64,000 nucleotides of DNA from positions 6,462 to 70,461 of the forward strand of contig JAOZUO010000013.1 in the NCBI GenBank assembly GCA_029938605.1. The letters are read 5' to 3'. The position numbers and the translations under genes are program-made. This document shows, piece by piece, positions 38,581 to 47,970 of the stretch. The DNA is from Deltaproteobacteria bacterium. GTDB lineage: Bacteria > Myxococcota_A > Polyangia > HGW-17 > JAJRWW01. The notes beneath the pieces are model-generated. The model made no database searches, was not told where the DNA came from, and was given only the letters and a program-made list of their open reading frames with translations. Numbering within the stretch: position 1 is the stretch's first letter; the number at the start of each line of letters is the position of its first letter.

Positions 38581-40860
38581 ATGAATGCTCGTCTGTCGCT
38601 TGTTTCGCTGCTTGCGGTATTCTGCCTGACCACAGGGGTGGCTCTTCTGTCGGGGTCCTGCCTGAAGGAAGTGGTGGCTGTACCCTGTGGTGACGGCACC
38701 TTCTGTCCGGGCGGATACAAGTGTGTGGGGGACCTGATCGGCGGGTTCCGCTGCGCCGTGGACACCTGCGGCAACGGCCAGCCCGATCCTCTCGAGGATT
38801 GCGACGACGGCGAGGCCAACTCGGACACCCAGCCCGACGCATGCCGCCTGAGCTGCCGCTTCCCATCCTGCGGGGACAACGTGGTGGATTCGGACGAGAG
38901 CTGCGACGACGGCAACGAACAGCTCCAGGACTCCTGCCCCTCCGGCCCCATGGGGAGCTGCGAGAACGCCGTCTGCGGAGACGGGTACATCTGGACCCCG
39001 GAGTTTGGCGGTAGCGAGGAGTGCGATGACAATAACGACAACCCGCAGGATGCCTGCGTTAGCGGCCCTTTAGAGGCCTGCCAGGTCGCGACCTGTGGCG
39101 ACGGCGTGGTACAGTTGGGCTCTGAGTTCTGCGACTGTGGCACAGATCCGTCGAACTTGCCGGCGGGCTGCATCACTGTGAACTCGGACGACATCAGCGG
39201 CGCTTGCCGGACCGACTGCCTCATGGCGTACTGCGGTGACAACGTGCAGGACGACAATGAAGAGTGCGACGATGGCGATCAAAACTCCGACACCCTGCCC
39301 AACGCCTGCCGGGAGAACTGCCTGAACGCCTTCTGCGGCGACGGCGTGCAGGACGCCGGTGAGATCTGCGACTGCGGCTTGGACGAAAGCGCTCTGCCCA
39401 TCGGCTGTAACGACGTCAACAACAACGTCACGCCGGGCTCCTGCCGCATCACCTGCGTGAATTCCAGCTGTGGCGATGGCGTGCTTAACCCGTCCGAGGG
39501 CGAACAGTGCGACGATGGCAACACCGTGAACGAGGATGATTGCCCAAACAACTGCATGCTCCCTATCTGCGGAGACGGCATCGTTTACAACCAGGGAAAC
39601 GGCGCTGAGCAGTGTGACGACGGCGCCCAGAACAACGACTCCGCGCCGGACGCCTGTCGCACCACCTGCCTGGCACCCAGCTGCGGTGATGGCGTAGCAG
39701 ACTCTGGCGAGCAGTGTGACGACGGCAACGGCAGCAATAACGATTCCTGCCTGACGACTTGCCAGACCAATACCTGCGGCGATGGCTACCAGAACCCGGC
39801 TATAGAGGCTTGCGATTGCAACACCGCCGGTCCGTTGCCTCCGGGCTGCACTGGCTACAACAGTGACACGACCCCACAGCCCTGCCGCCTCAACTGCTCC
39901 GCTGTCTTTTGTAGCGACGGCGTACAGGACCCAGGCGAGGCTTGCGACGATGGGAACACCGACAACACCGACGACTGCCTGGCCACCTGCGTGGTGGCTT
40001 TCTGCGGCGACGGCCACCTCCATGCCATTGGCACCCCGCCTTTCGAGGTCTGTGACGATGGAACCACCGACGACTGCTCGGGCACCTGCAACGCGGCCTG
40101 CGACGGTCCAGCAAACTTCTGCGGCGACGGTATCCAGCGCTGCTCGGAGCAGTGCGACGACGGGGCAGCCAACTCCAACACCACGCCCGACGCCTGCCGA
40201 ACCAGCTGCCAGAGTCCCTTCTGCGGCGACAGCGTGCAGGACTCCAGTGAGTTCTGCGACGACGGGGGCAACGACGACTGCGCGGGCTCCTGTAACGCGG
40301 CCTGCGATGGGGCAGTAAACTTCTGCGGCGACTCCATCCAGCGCTGTGGGGAACAGTGCGACGACGGAGCGGCCAACTCCGACACCATCCCCGACGCCTG
40401 CCGGACCAACTGTCAGAACACCATCTGCGGCGACAACGTGCAGGACTCCGGGGAGTTCTGCGACGACGGGGGCAACGACGACTGCTCGGGCACCTGCAAC
40501 GCGGCCTGCGACGGTCCAGCGAACTTCTGCGGCGACGGCATGCAAGCCTGTGGGGAGCAGTGCGACGACGGGGCGGCCAACTCCGACACCACGCCCGACG
40601 CCTGCCGAAACAACTGCCAGGATCCTTTCTGCGGCGATGACGTGGTGGACTCCGGTGAGTTCTGCGACGACGGGGGCAACAACGACTGCCAGCACACCTG
40701 TAACGCGAGCTGCGACGGACCGGCCAACTTCTGCGGCGACGGCATTGAACGCTGCGGGGAGCAGTGCGACTGCGGCGATTCCGGACCGATTCCCATTGGC
40801 TGCGCTGGCCACAACGACGACGCGAGCCCGATGCCTTGCGATACCCACTGCCACACGTGA
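38581..40860 (+). CDS. Myxococcus cysteine-rich repeat (DUF4215-type) lipoprotein
   Basis: Lipobox LLSGSC; about 20 CGDG/N..ExCDDG repeats; about three 59-aa super-repeats near the C-terminus. Confidence 0.88.
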   Translation: MNARLSLVSLLAVFCLTTGVALLSGSCLKEVVAVPCGDGTFCPGGYKCVGDLIGGFRCAVDTCGNGQPDPLEDCDDGEANSDTQPDACRLSCRFPSCGDNVVDSDESCDDGNEQLQDSCPSGPMGSCENAVCGDGYIWTPEFGGSEECDDNNDNPQDACVSGPLEACQVATCGDGVVQLGSEFCDCGTDPSNLPAGCITVNSDDISGACRTDCLMAYCGDNVQDDNEECDDGDQNSDTLPNACRENCLNAFCGDGVQDAGEICDCGLDESALPIGCNDVNNNVTPGSCRITCVNSSCGDGVLNPSEGEQCDDGNTVNEDDCPNNCMLPICGDGIVYNQGNGAEQCDDGAQNNDSAPDACRTTCLAPSCGDGVADSGEQCDDGNGSNNDSCLTTCQTNTCGDGYQNPAIEACDCNTAGPLPPGCTGYNSDTTPQPCRLNCSAVFCSDGVQDPGEACDDGNTDNTDDCLATCVVAFCGDGHLHAIGTPPFEVCDDGTTDDCSGTCNAACDGPANFCGDGIQRCSEQCDDGAANSNTTPDACRTSCQSPFCGDSVQDSSEFCDDGGNDDCAGSCNAACDGAVNFCGDSIQRCGEQCDDGAANSDTIPDACRTNCQNTICGDNVQDSGEFCDDGGNDDCSGTCNAACDGPANFCGDGMQACGEQCDDGAANSDTTPDACRNNCQDPFCGDDVVDSGEFCDDGGNNDCQHTCNASCDGPANFCGDGIERCGEQCDCGDSGPIPIGCAGHNDDASPMPCDTHCHT

Positions 40861-40897
40861 TTAGGCTTTCGGGGCTCGAACCCGTGGAGACGACGTA

Positions 40898-42766
40898 ATG
40901 ATGACTTGCAAGTCGCTTTCGTCCTGGACCGCAACCGTCTGCATGACCGCGGGGTTGGCCCTGGTGTCGGGATCCTGCATTATTGAGGTGGCAGCCGTAC
41001 CCTGTGGCGACGGCACTTTCTGCCCGGTGGAGTACCAGTGCGTGGGGACCTTGGCCGACGGGTTCCGGTGCGTTGTGGACACCTGCGGCGACAGTCATAT
41101 CGATCCCCTGGAGGAGTGTGACAACGGCGAGGCCAACTCCGACATCGCGCCCGACGCCTGCCGTCTGGACTGCGTGCTGCCCATCTGTGGAGACGGCGTG
41201 TTGGACAGCGGCGAGACCTGTGACGACGGCAACGATGAGCAGGCCGATGCATGTCCATCCGGCTCCGAAGGGAGCTGCCAGAACGCGAGCTGTGGTGACG
41301 GCTTCATCTGGACCCCGGAGTTCGGTGGTACCGAGGAGTGCGACGACGGCAACCAGGAGCTGAATGACGGCTGCCCGACCGGCCCCGAAGGGAGCTGCCA
41401 ATCCTCCGTCTGTGGTGACGGGGTGATACAGCTGGGCGTTGAGATCTGCGACTGCGGCACGGATCCGTCGAGCTTGCCGGCGGGGTGCAACTCCGTAAAC
41501 TCGGACGACATCGATGGCGCTTGTCGAACCAACTGCGCCATGGCGTTCTGCGGTGACGGAATACTGGACTCCGACGAGGACTGCGACATGGGCGCCCAGA
41601 ACTCCGACATCGTGCCAAACGCCTGCCGCCTGAGCTGCATACTGCCCAGCTGCGGCGACGGCGTGGTGGACATCGGTGAGACCTGCGACTGCGGCCTGGA
41701 CGCGAGCGACCTGCCCGTGGGCTGTGACGAAATCAACAACGACGTAACGCCGGGCTCCTGCCGCACCACCTGCGTGTTAGCCAGCTGCGGTGACGGCGTG
41801 GTAGACCTGTCGGTGGGTGAGCAGTGCGACGACGCCAACACCGTGAACGAGGACGACTGCCTGAACAACTGCCGGACCCCCGTCTGCGGAGACGGCGTTG
41901 TTCACAACCTGGGCAGCGGTACCGAGCAGTGCGACGACGGTGTCCTCAACAGCGACGTCAAGCCGGACGCCTGCCGCACCACCTGCCTAACCCCCATCTG
42001 CGGTGATGGCGTACATGACGCCGGCGAGGAGTGCGACGACGCCAACGCCAACGACAACGATTTCTGCCTGACGGCCTGCCAAGTCAACCTCTGCGGCGAC
42101 GGCCACCATAACCCCGCCGCGGAGGCCTGCGACTGCGGCACCGCGGGTGCGTTGCCCACGGGCTGTACCGACTACAACAGCGATACGAATCCACTACCCT
42201 GCCGCCTCAACTGCACCGCGATCACCTGCGGCGATGGTTTGCATGACTCAAACGAGGCTTGCGACGATGGTAACACCAGCAACACCGACGACTGCCTGAA
42301 TACCTGCATGGTGGCCTTCTGCGGCGATGGTTATCCCCAGACCACGGGCACCGCGCCCCACGAGCAGTGCGACAACGGGGCGGCCAACTCCGACACCACG
42401 CCCAACGCCTGTCGGGTTAACTGCGTCAACCCGCGCTGCGGCGACAACGTCATTGACTCGGGCGAGCAGTGCGACAACGGAACTGCCAACTCTAATACTA
42501 CGGCCAACGCCTGCCGGACCAACTGCGTAAACCATTTCTGCGGCGACAACGTCATCGACTCGGGCGAGCAGTGCGACAACGGGGCGGCCAACTCCAACAC
42601 CGTGGCCAACGCCTGCCGGACCAACTGCGTGAACCATTTCTGCGGGGATGGTGTCATCGACTCGGGCGAGATCTGTGACTGCGGCTTGAGTGGTACGTTG
42701 CCCGCGGGCTGCACCGGCTACAACAGCAACACCCTCCCGGCACCCTGCCATCTCACCTGTTGGTAG
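40898..42766 (+). CDS. Cysteine-rich repeat lipoprotein, tandem paralog of 38581..40860
   Basis: Collinear N-terminal part (EVxAVPCGDGTFCP, IWTPEFGGxEECDD, GCNxVNSDDIxGACRT); three 34-aa repeats near the end. Confidence 0.88.
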   Translation: MMTCKSLSSWTATVCMTAGLALVSGSCIIEVAAVPCGDGTFCPVEYQCVGTLADGFRCVVDTCGDSHIDPLEECDNGEANSDIAPDACRLDCVLPICGDGVLDSGETCDDGNDEQADACPSGSEGSCQNASCGDGFIWTPEFGGTEECDDGNQELNDGCPTGPEGSCQSSVCGDGVIQLGVEICDCGTDPSSLPAGCNSVNSDDIDGACRTNCAMAFCGDGILDSDEDCDMGAQNSDIVPNACRLSCILPSCGDGVVDIGETCDCGLDASDLPVGCDEINNDVTPGSCRTTCVLASCGDGVVDLSVGEQCDDANTVNEDDCLNNCRTPVCGDGVVHNLGSGTEQCDDGVLNSDVKPDACRTTCLTPICGDGVHDAGEECDDANANDNDFCLTACQVNLCGDGHHNPAAEACDCGTAGALPTGCTDYNSDTNPLPCRLNCTAITCGDGLHDSNEACDDGNTSNTDDCLNTCMVAFCGDGYPQTTGTAPHEQCDNGAANSDTTPNACRVNCVNPRCGDNVIDSGEQCDNGTANSNTTANACRTNCVNHFCGDNVIDSGEQCDNGAANSNTVANACRTNCVNHFCGDGVIDSGEICDCGLSGTLPAGCTGYNSNTLPAPCHLTCW

Positions 42767-43094
42767 ACTCAGGGCCCGTCACGGACTCGGCCTCCTGCCT
42801 AGAATCAGACTAGGGCAGTGGAGGATATGTGTTCGGTGCCGCGCTGCTGCTCCGCTCGAACTCGAAGCACCGAATGTACTGCTGGCTGGGACCGGCTCAC
42901 CACTGCCTTCTTCCGAGGCTGATTCCAACGCCCTGAAAAACGCTTCGGCCCGTCCGGATCAGGACTTTGAAACCCCTCAAAATCACACAGCTTCGATTAG
43001 TCGACCCACTTTCCTTCTGGTAATCGGGCAAAAAATCATGGTACGCGTGACGCTGCTCACCGAAAAACAGCGCCCGCGCGTAGAGGAACAAACG

Positions 43095-45125
43095 ATGACA
43101 TCCCGACTCTCTTGGCACCCGCTGGCACTTCTGCTGTTGCCGCTGGCCCTGGCGGCCTGCGGAGATCGGGCCGGAAACAATCACAACCCCACTGACGCAG
43201 CGGTGGACGCGGACAGCGGGCCCGTCGTTGTGCAGATCCTCGACCCGGCCCTGGAGCAGTGTGTCCGCACTCAGCTGGACGCACTCAACGGTGATCTGCT
43301 GTCGTCCTACATGGAGGTCCTGACGTTCCTGGAGTGTCGGGATCTCGGGATCACGCGGCTCGACGGACTGGGCTACGCGACCAACCTGGTCTACCTATCG
43401 CTGTTCGAAAACCAGATCAACGACCTGACCCCCTTGAGCCCTCTGGTGCAACTACAGGAGCTGCAGCTCGGCAGCAATCAGATCCAGGACGTCAGCCCCC
43501 TCGAGGGGATGACCGCGCTCCTGCGACTCGGTCTGGCGCAAAACGGAATAGAGGACGTCAGCCCCCTGGCCTCCCTGAGTCAGCTTCAGTGGCTGAACCT
43601 GGACCACAACGTCATCGAGAGCGCTGCGCCCCTGGACGGGCTCACCGAGCTCACCTGGTTGACCATCGAATACAACGCTCTGGTAAGCACTACGCCCATC
43701 AATACGCTCCGGGGAATCGGCGTCGAGGTCTATTCCCGGATCGCGACGCCCACGCCCCAGGCGCTCATCGCTCGGGCACCGATCCCCATGGACAGGTCGG
43801 TCCGCCCCATGAAAGGCCACCTGACCATAGAGACGCGAGCCGACGGTCGGACCGCGCTCCGATGGTCCACCGCTCTGGGGCAGCTTCCGGTACGTCCGGA
43901 ATTTGCCGGCGCCCTGCGCGTACAGGACGGGCAGATCCACTGGAAGACCCTTGGCCGAAGCCTCGTGGTGGGCTGGACAGACGCCACGGGCGCGCACCTA
44001 TGCCGGGATCGGTACGCCGCCCTCTGTGACCTGGCGGTGGGCAAAAAGGGCGGTGGGGACGGGAACGACCGGGCGCCCGCGGTCAGCGACCGCGCCGCAC
44101 CCACGCCTGTGATCTCTGCCGCGCTTCACCTGACCGCGGCCGGCCGTCAGAAGCTCAGCATAGCGTTGGCGCCGCCCCCGGATCCGACCTACGATCCGCA
44201 GGATCCGACCGACTTTCTGGCCGTTGACGCCATCGCCAATCTTGCGCTGGCCTCCCCGAATCAATTCGACGGCGCGAGCTGCATCTTCATGGCCCACGCC
44301 GGTGCCATGGAGATGCTCATGAACCAGCATGCGGAGGGAACCATCCTGGAGTACCTCGGAGCCAGGGATCTGTCCGAGCGGTTCCTCATGAACGCCTACG
44401 ACCACGCGTCCGGGGGCAGCGTACCGTACTTTCTCACCGACCTGGTGTACGTCTATAACGCCTTCGGCGGGTCCCTGCTGTCGAGCGAATACCCCTTCAC
44501 CGCGGGCTACGTACTAGAGGACGCCAACGGCAACAAAACCCCGTCCGACTCCAGCAACCCCGACGCCTACTTCAGCTGCTACTACAACTGGTTCGACGAC
44601 CTGCCGACGGACTGGCAACAGAACCTGACGCCGACCCCCGAAGCCGAACGCACCCTGCTGTTCGTGGATCCGGAACGCGACGAAAACAGCTTCTGGAACG
44701 TGGGAATCGTCGGCCCGGACGTGGTGGACCGCATCAAGTACGAGCTGCGGACCAAAAACGCCCCGGTGGTGGTGGTCTACAACCACTGGCTCTACTGGCA
44801 CTCCGACGTCATCGTCGGCTACGACGACCGGGTGGACAACTCGGCGGACCCCTGCCCCATGGTGGACGACACGCTGGAGTACTTCGCCGAGCAGGGCGCC
44901 GCCTCCTACGTAACCAAGGTCGAAAATCACATGGCCGATCTGGGGGGCTGCACGCCCCAGGGAATCTTCTATGTGCGGGACTCCATCTACGACGGCGACT
45001 CCGAAGAGCCCATGTACACCTACACGTCGGGCTTTGTCGAGCGATACTCCAAGCGCATTATCTCCCGTACCTACAACTGGGTGACCTACCTGGCCAACCA
45101 CGTCTACACGATCCAACGGAAGTAG
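43095..45125 (+). CDS. Lipoprotein with internalin-like LRRs and C-terminal papain-like (C1) protease domain
   Basis: Lipobox LAAC; LxxLxLxxNQIxDxSPL repeats; NQFDGASCIFMA, LSERFL, HSDVIVGYDD, FYVRDS. Confidence 0.8.
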   Translation: MTSRLSWHPLALLLLPLALAACGDRAGNNHNPTDAAVDADSGPVVVQILDPALEQCVRTQLDALNGDLLSSYMEVLTFLECRDLGITRLDGLGYATNLVYLSLFENQINDLTPLSPLVQLQELQLGSNQIQDVSPLEGMTALLRLGLAQNGIEDVSPLASLSQLQWLNLDHNVIESAAPLDGLTELTWLTIEYNALVSTTPINTLRGIGVEVYSRIATPTPQALIARAPIPMDRSVRPMKGHLTIETRADGRTALRWSTALGQLPVRPEFAGALRVQDGQIHWKTLGRSLVVGWTDATGAHLCRDRYAALCDLAVGKKGGGDGNDRAPAVSDRAAPTPVISAALHLTAAGRQKLSIALAPPPDPTYDPQDPTDFLAVDAIANLALASPNQFDGASCIFMAHAGAMEMLMNQHAEGTILEYLGARDLSERFLMNAYDHASGGSVPYFLTDLVYVYNAFGGSLLSSEYPFTAGYVLEDANGNKTPSDSSNPDAYFSCYYNWFDDLPTDWQQNLTPTPEAERTLLFVDPERDENSFWNVGIVGPDVVDRIKYELRTKNAPVVVVYNHWLYWHSDVIVGYDDRVDNSADPCPMVDDTLEYFAEQGAASYVTKVENHMADLGGCTPQGIFYVRDSIYDGDSEEPMYTYTSGFVERYSKRIISRTYNWVTYLANHVYTIQRK

Positions 45126-45156
45126 CCGGCGGTTGCCCCCCCATACCGCCGCTGAT

Positions 45157-45187
45157 CGCTAGACGCTGGACGCTAGACGCTCGCTAG
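45157..45187. repeat. 7-nt repeat (CGCTRGA) at convergent junction
   Basis: cgctaga cgctgga cgctaga cgct cgctag, overlapping the methyltransferase stop codon. Confidence 0.75.
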
Positions 45188-45877
45188 GGGCGGAGTCACC
45201 GGCTTCTGGGCGGTGAGCAAGCGCGCCAGGCCCCAGACGTAGGGATGCTGCTCGGTCACGACGAAACCCGCGCCCTCGAGATTCTCAGTCCAGCTCCGGC
45301 GTACGTAGTCGGTGGCGTAGGGGCACTCCACGTGCCGAAAGAACCACCTGACGGGAAGGGCTCGGTGATCCGGGTCGAACTCCCCAAAGTCCAAGATATG
45401 GAAGGTGCCGCCCGGACGAAGAGCGTGGTAGACGTTGTCGAGCACCTTCAGACGACTCGGATGCGGAAGACCGTGTAGCACGAAGGAAATGAGCGCCTTA
45501 TCAAAGGGTGCGTCCGGGGGAAAATCCTCGTCGATGGGCTGGCGGGCAACCTGGACGTTGCCATGGCGGGCGCATCGCGTGCGAAAACGGGCCATCATCT
45601 CATCGCCGATGTCATAGCCCTGGATCTCTCCATCCTCTCCAGAATAGTGCCGCATGAGGCAGGCGTTCCGTCCGCTGCCCGAGCCAAGGTCCAGGATGCG
45701 GTCCCCCGGTTGAATATCCATGTCGCCGATGGCGCCTTCAATGAACCCCTTGTACCGGCCAAGGGAGGCCACATCCATCAGGAGATCGTAGTAGCGCGCC
45801 TCCAGACCACGCACCTCCACCTGGGAGTCTGGGTATCGCTTCGCCGTGTTCGCGTGCGTGCTGGAATTCATACTCAT
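45173..45877 (-). CDS. Class I SAM-dependent methyltransferase (UbiE-like)
   Basis: RILDLGSGSGRNA, GYDIG, FDKALISFVLHG, LRPGGTFHILDF; ATG at 45877 with GGAG RBS. Confidence 0.88.
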   Translation of the reverse strand: MSMNSSTHANTAKRYPDSQVEVRGLEARYYDLLMDVASLGRYKGFIEGAIGDMDIQPGDRILDLGSGSGRNACLMRHYSGEDGEIQGYDIGDEMMARFRTRCARHGNVQVARQPIDEDFPPDAPFDKALISFVLHGLPHPSRLKVLDNVYHALRPGGTFHILDFGEFDPDHRALPVRWFFRHVECPYATDYVRRSWTENLEGAGFVVTEQHPYVWGLARLLTAQKPVTPPLASV

Positions 45878-46046
45878 GTCGGTTTCTCCGTAGTGTTCGT
45901 GACCGGCCACCGTCCATCTCGAGGCCAGGGGAGCGCGGCCAAGGCACGGGCCAAGGCCAGGGCCAAGGCCAAGGCGTAACAAAAGATGAGCACGAATCAC
46001 TCTTGGTCAACGGGTGCACTTCTTTGGGCTACGGCCCGTCCGCCCG

Positions 46047-46598
46047 TCACAGCGGCAACCGCAACCCATCGGTGAGCAGCACCGTGCAGTAGCGGCAGAA
46101 AGACGCCTGCTTGTGATCGAGCTGCTCGAGGGAGTGGGCGAAGCTCATGGCGCACTGCTTGTCGTCACAGTGGGTGAGCCCAAAAGTGTGACCGAGCTCG
46201 TGGACGGCCTCCTTGAGGACCCGATCCCGCAAGACGCGGTACGCCACGATTCCGCCCGCGGAATCGGCCGACAGACGATGGATGGAGACGACGGCGGCCT
46301 TCCCCGGTAGCATGGCCTCGCCGTAGACGTAGGTGAGGATGGGAATGAACAGATCCAAACCGGTCAACCCCAGGATGCGCACACACCCGGGCGGGGCGTG
46401 GTCGGCGAGGTGGTGGAGCAGCTCCGTCGACAGGTGCTGACCCCGGTTGGGCTTGAAGGCTTCGGGAGGCACCTCTGAGGCTGCAAGGATCTGCGCGGGC
46501 AACGGAAAGATCAGACGCAGGGGCCCGGCCAGCCCCTCCACGAGATCGGGATCCATCGCGCCGAAGGGCTTGAGGCCCAGGAAGGGTGCCTGGACCAT
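46047..46598 (-). CDS. Archaemetzincin (M54) zinc metalloprotease
   Basis: YVYGEA, EAVHELGHTFGLTHC..CAMSF..LDHK..FCRYC. Confidence 0.9.
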   Translation of the reverse strand: MVQAPFLGLKPFGAMDPDLVEGLAGPLRLIFPLPAQILAASEVPPEAFKPNRGQHLSTELLHHLADHAPPGCVRILGLTGLDLFIPILTYVYGEAMLPGKAAVVSIHRLSADSAGGIVAYRVLRDRVLKEAVHELGHTFGLTHCDDKQCAMSFAHSLEQLDHKQASFCRYCTVLLTDGLRLPL

Positions 46599-46599
46599 G

Positions 46600-47952
46600 C
46601 TATTGGTCTGACGGCTTCTTCAGCCCGTACTTTTTAATGCGGTTGTACAGGGTTACCCGATCGATACCCAGCAGCGCCGCCGATCGGGTGATATTCCACG
46701 AAAGGTCCTCGAGCACCTCGATGATGTGCGCCTTCTCCATCTCCTGGATGGACCGGTCCTGGGGCACGTAGGCCTGCTCCTGTTGGTAAAAGGGCAGAGA
46801 GGTCGCCCCGATCTCCCTCCCCTGTCCGATGACCACGGACCGCTCGATGGCGTTCTCCAGCTCCCGCACGTTGCCCGGCCAGTCGTGGAGCATCATCTCG
46901 TCAAAGGCCTCCCGGGAGATCTTGTCCACGGGTTTGTTCAGCTCCCTGGCAAACCGCTTCAGGAAGTGCTTGGCCAGGATCGGGATGTCCTCCTTCCGCT
47001 CCCGCAGGGGCGGCACGTGGATGGCGATGACGTTCAACCGATAGAACAGGTCCTGGCGGAAGCTGCCCTCGGAGATGGCCTGGGCGAGGTTGCGGTTGGT
47101 CGCGGCGATCACCCGAAAGTCCAGGTCGATGCGCTGGCTCCCCCCGACGCGGTAGAAGTGCTTTTCGTCTAGCACCTTGAGCAGGTCGATCTGCATCTTC
47201 ATGCCGACCTCGCCCACCTCATCGAGAAACAGCGTCCCGCCCTGGGCCAGCTCAAAGCGGCCCTTGCGCAGGTGCACGGCGCCGGTGAAGGCGCCCTTTT
47301 CGTGACCAAAGAGCTCGCTCTCGAGCAGATGCTCGGTGAAGGCGCCGCAGTTGACGGCGATGAAGGGACAAGCCGCCCGGGGAGATTGGGCGTGGATGGC
47401 CTTGGCAACCAGACCCTTGCCCGTGCCCGTTTCGCCGGTAATGAGCACGCTGGTGTCGGTCTCGGCCACGCTGAGAATCAGCTCAAAGACCTTCTCCATG
47501 GCGGCCGAGCCGCTGACCAGGCTCTCGAGGCGCTGGCGACTTTGGACCTGCTCTTTGAGGATCTCGTTCTCTTCGGCCAGCTTTTGGTGTCCGATGATCC
47601 GCTCGATGAGCACACTGATCTCGGCGGGATCGAAGGGCTTGAGCAGGTAGTCGTGGGCGCCCCTCTTCATGGCCAAAACGGCCGTATCGATGGAGCCAAA
47701 AGCGGTAATCATCACCACGGCGAGCTCAGGATCGTCCTGCTGAAGGTGGCCTAACAGCTCGATGCCATCCATGCCGGGCATCTTGATATCGAGGAAGATG
47801 ATGTTGTAGCGGCGCGCCTTGAGCAGCTCCAGGGCCGCCTCGGCGCTGGAGGCCTGATCCACCTCGTAGCCGTCCATCTGCAGCCAGCCGGCGAGGGACT
47901 CGCGCACGATCTCTTCGTCGTCGACTATAGCGATCCGCGCCTTCTTCTTCAT
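46600..47952 (-). CDS. Sigma54-dependent response regulator (NtrC/AtoC type: REC-AAA-HTH)
   Basis: [79 protein letters not shown]. Confidence 0.96.
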   Translation of the reverse strand: MKKKARIAIVDDEEIVRESLAGWLQMDGYEVDQASSAEAALELLKARRYNIIFLDIKMPGMDGIELLGHLQQDDPELAVVMITAFGSIDTAVLAMKRGAHDYLLKPFDPAEISVLIERIIGHQKLAEENEILKEQVQSRQRLESLVSGSAAMEKVFELILSVAETDTSVLITGETGTGKGLVAKAIHAQSPRAACPFIAVNCGAFTEHLLESELFGHEKGAFTGAVHLRKGRFELAQGGTLFLDEVGEVGMKMQIDLLKVLDEKHFYRVGGSQRIDLDFRVIAATNRNLAQAISEGSFRQDLFYRLNVIAIHVPPLRERKEDIPILAKHFLKRFARELNKPVDKISREAFDEMMLHDWPGNVRELENAIERSVVIGQGREIGATSLPFYQQEQAYVPQDRSIQEMEKAHIIEVLEDLSWNITRSAALLGIDRVTLYNRIKKYGLKKPSDQ

Positions 47953-47970
47953 AGGAGTCCCTCTTGCTTC

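Noticed and set aside
38581-42766. Diversity-generating retroelement template/variable repeat pair
   Set aside because: Differences between paralogs are not adenine-specific and no reverse transcriptase is present; ordinary gene duplication explains it.
43039-43054. Possible sigma54 promoter TGGTAC-GCGTG-ACGCT before the LRR protease
   Set aside because: GG-N10-GC spacing is right, but the TT of the -12 box is missing; such matches are common in GC-rich DNA.
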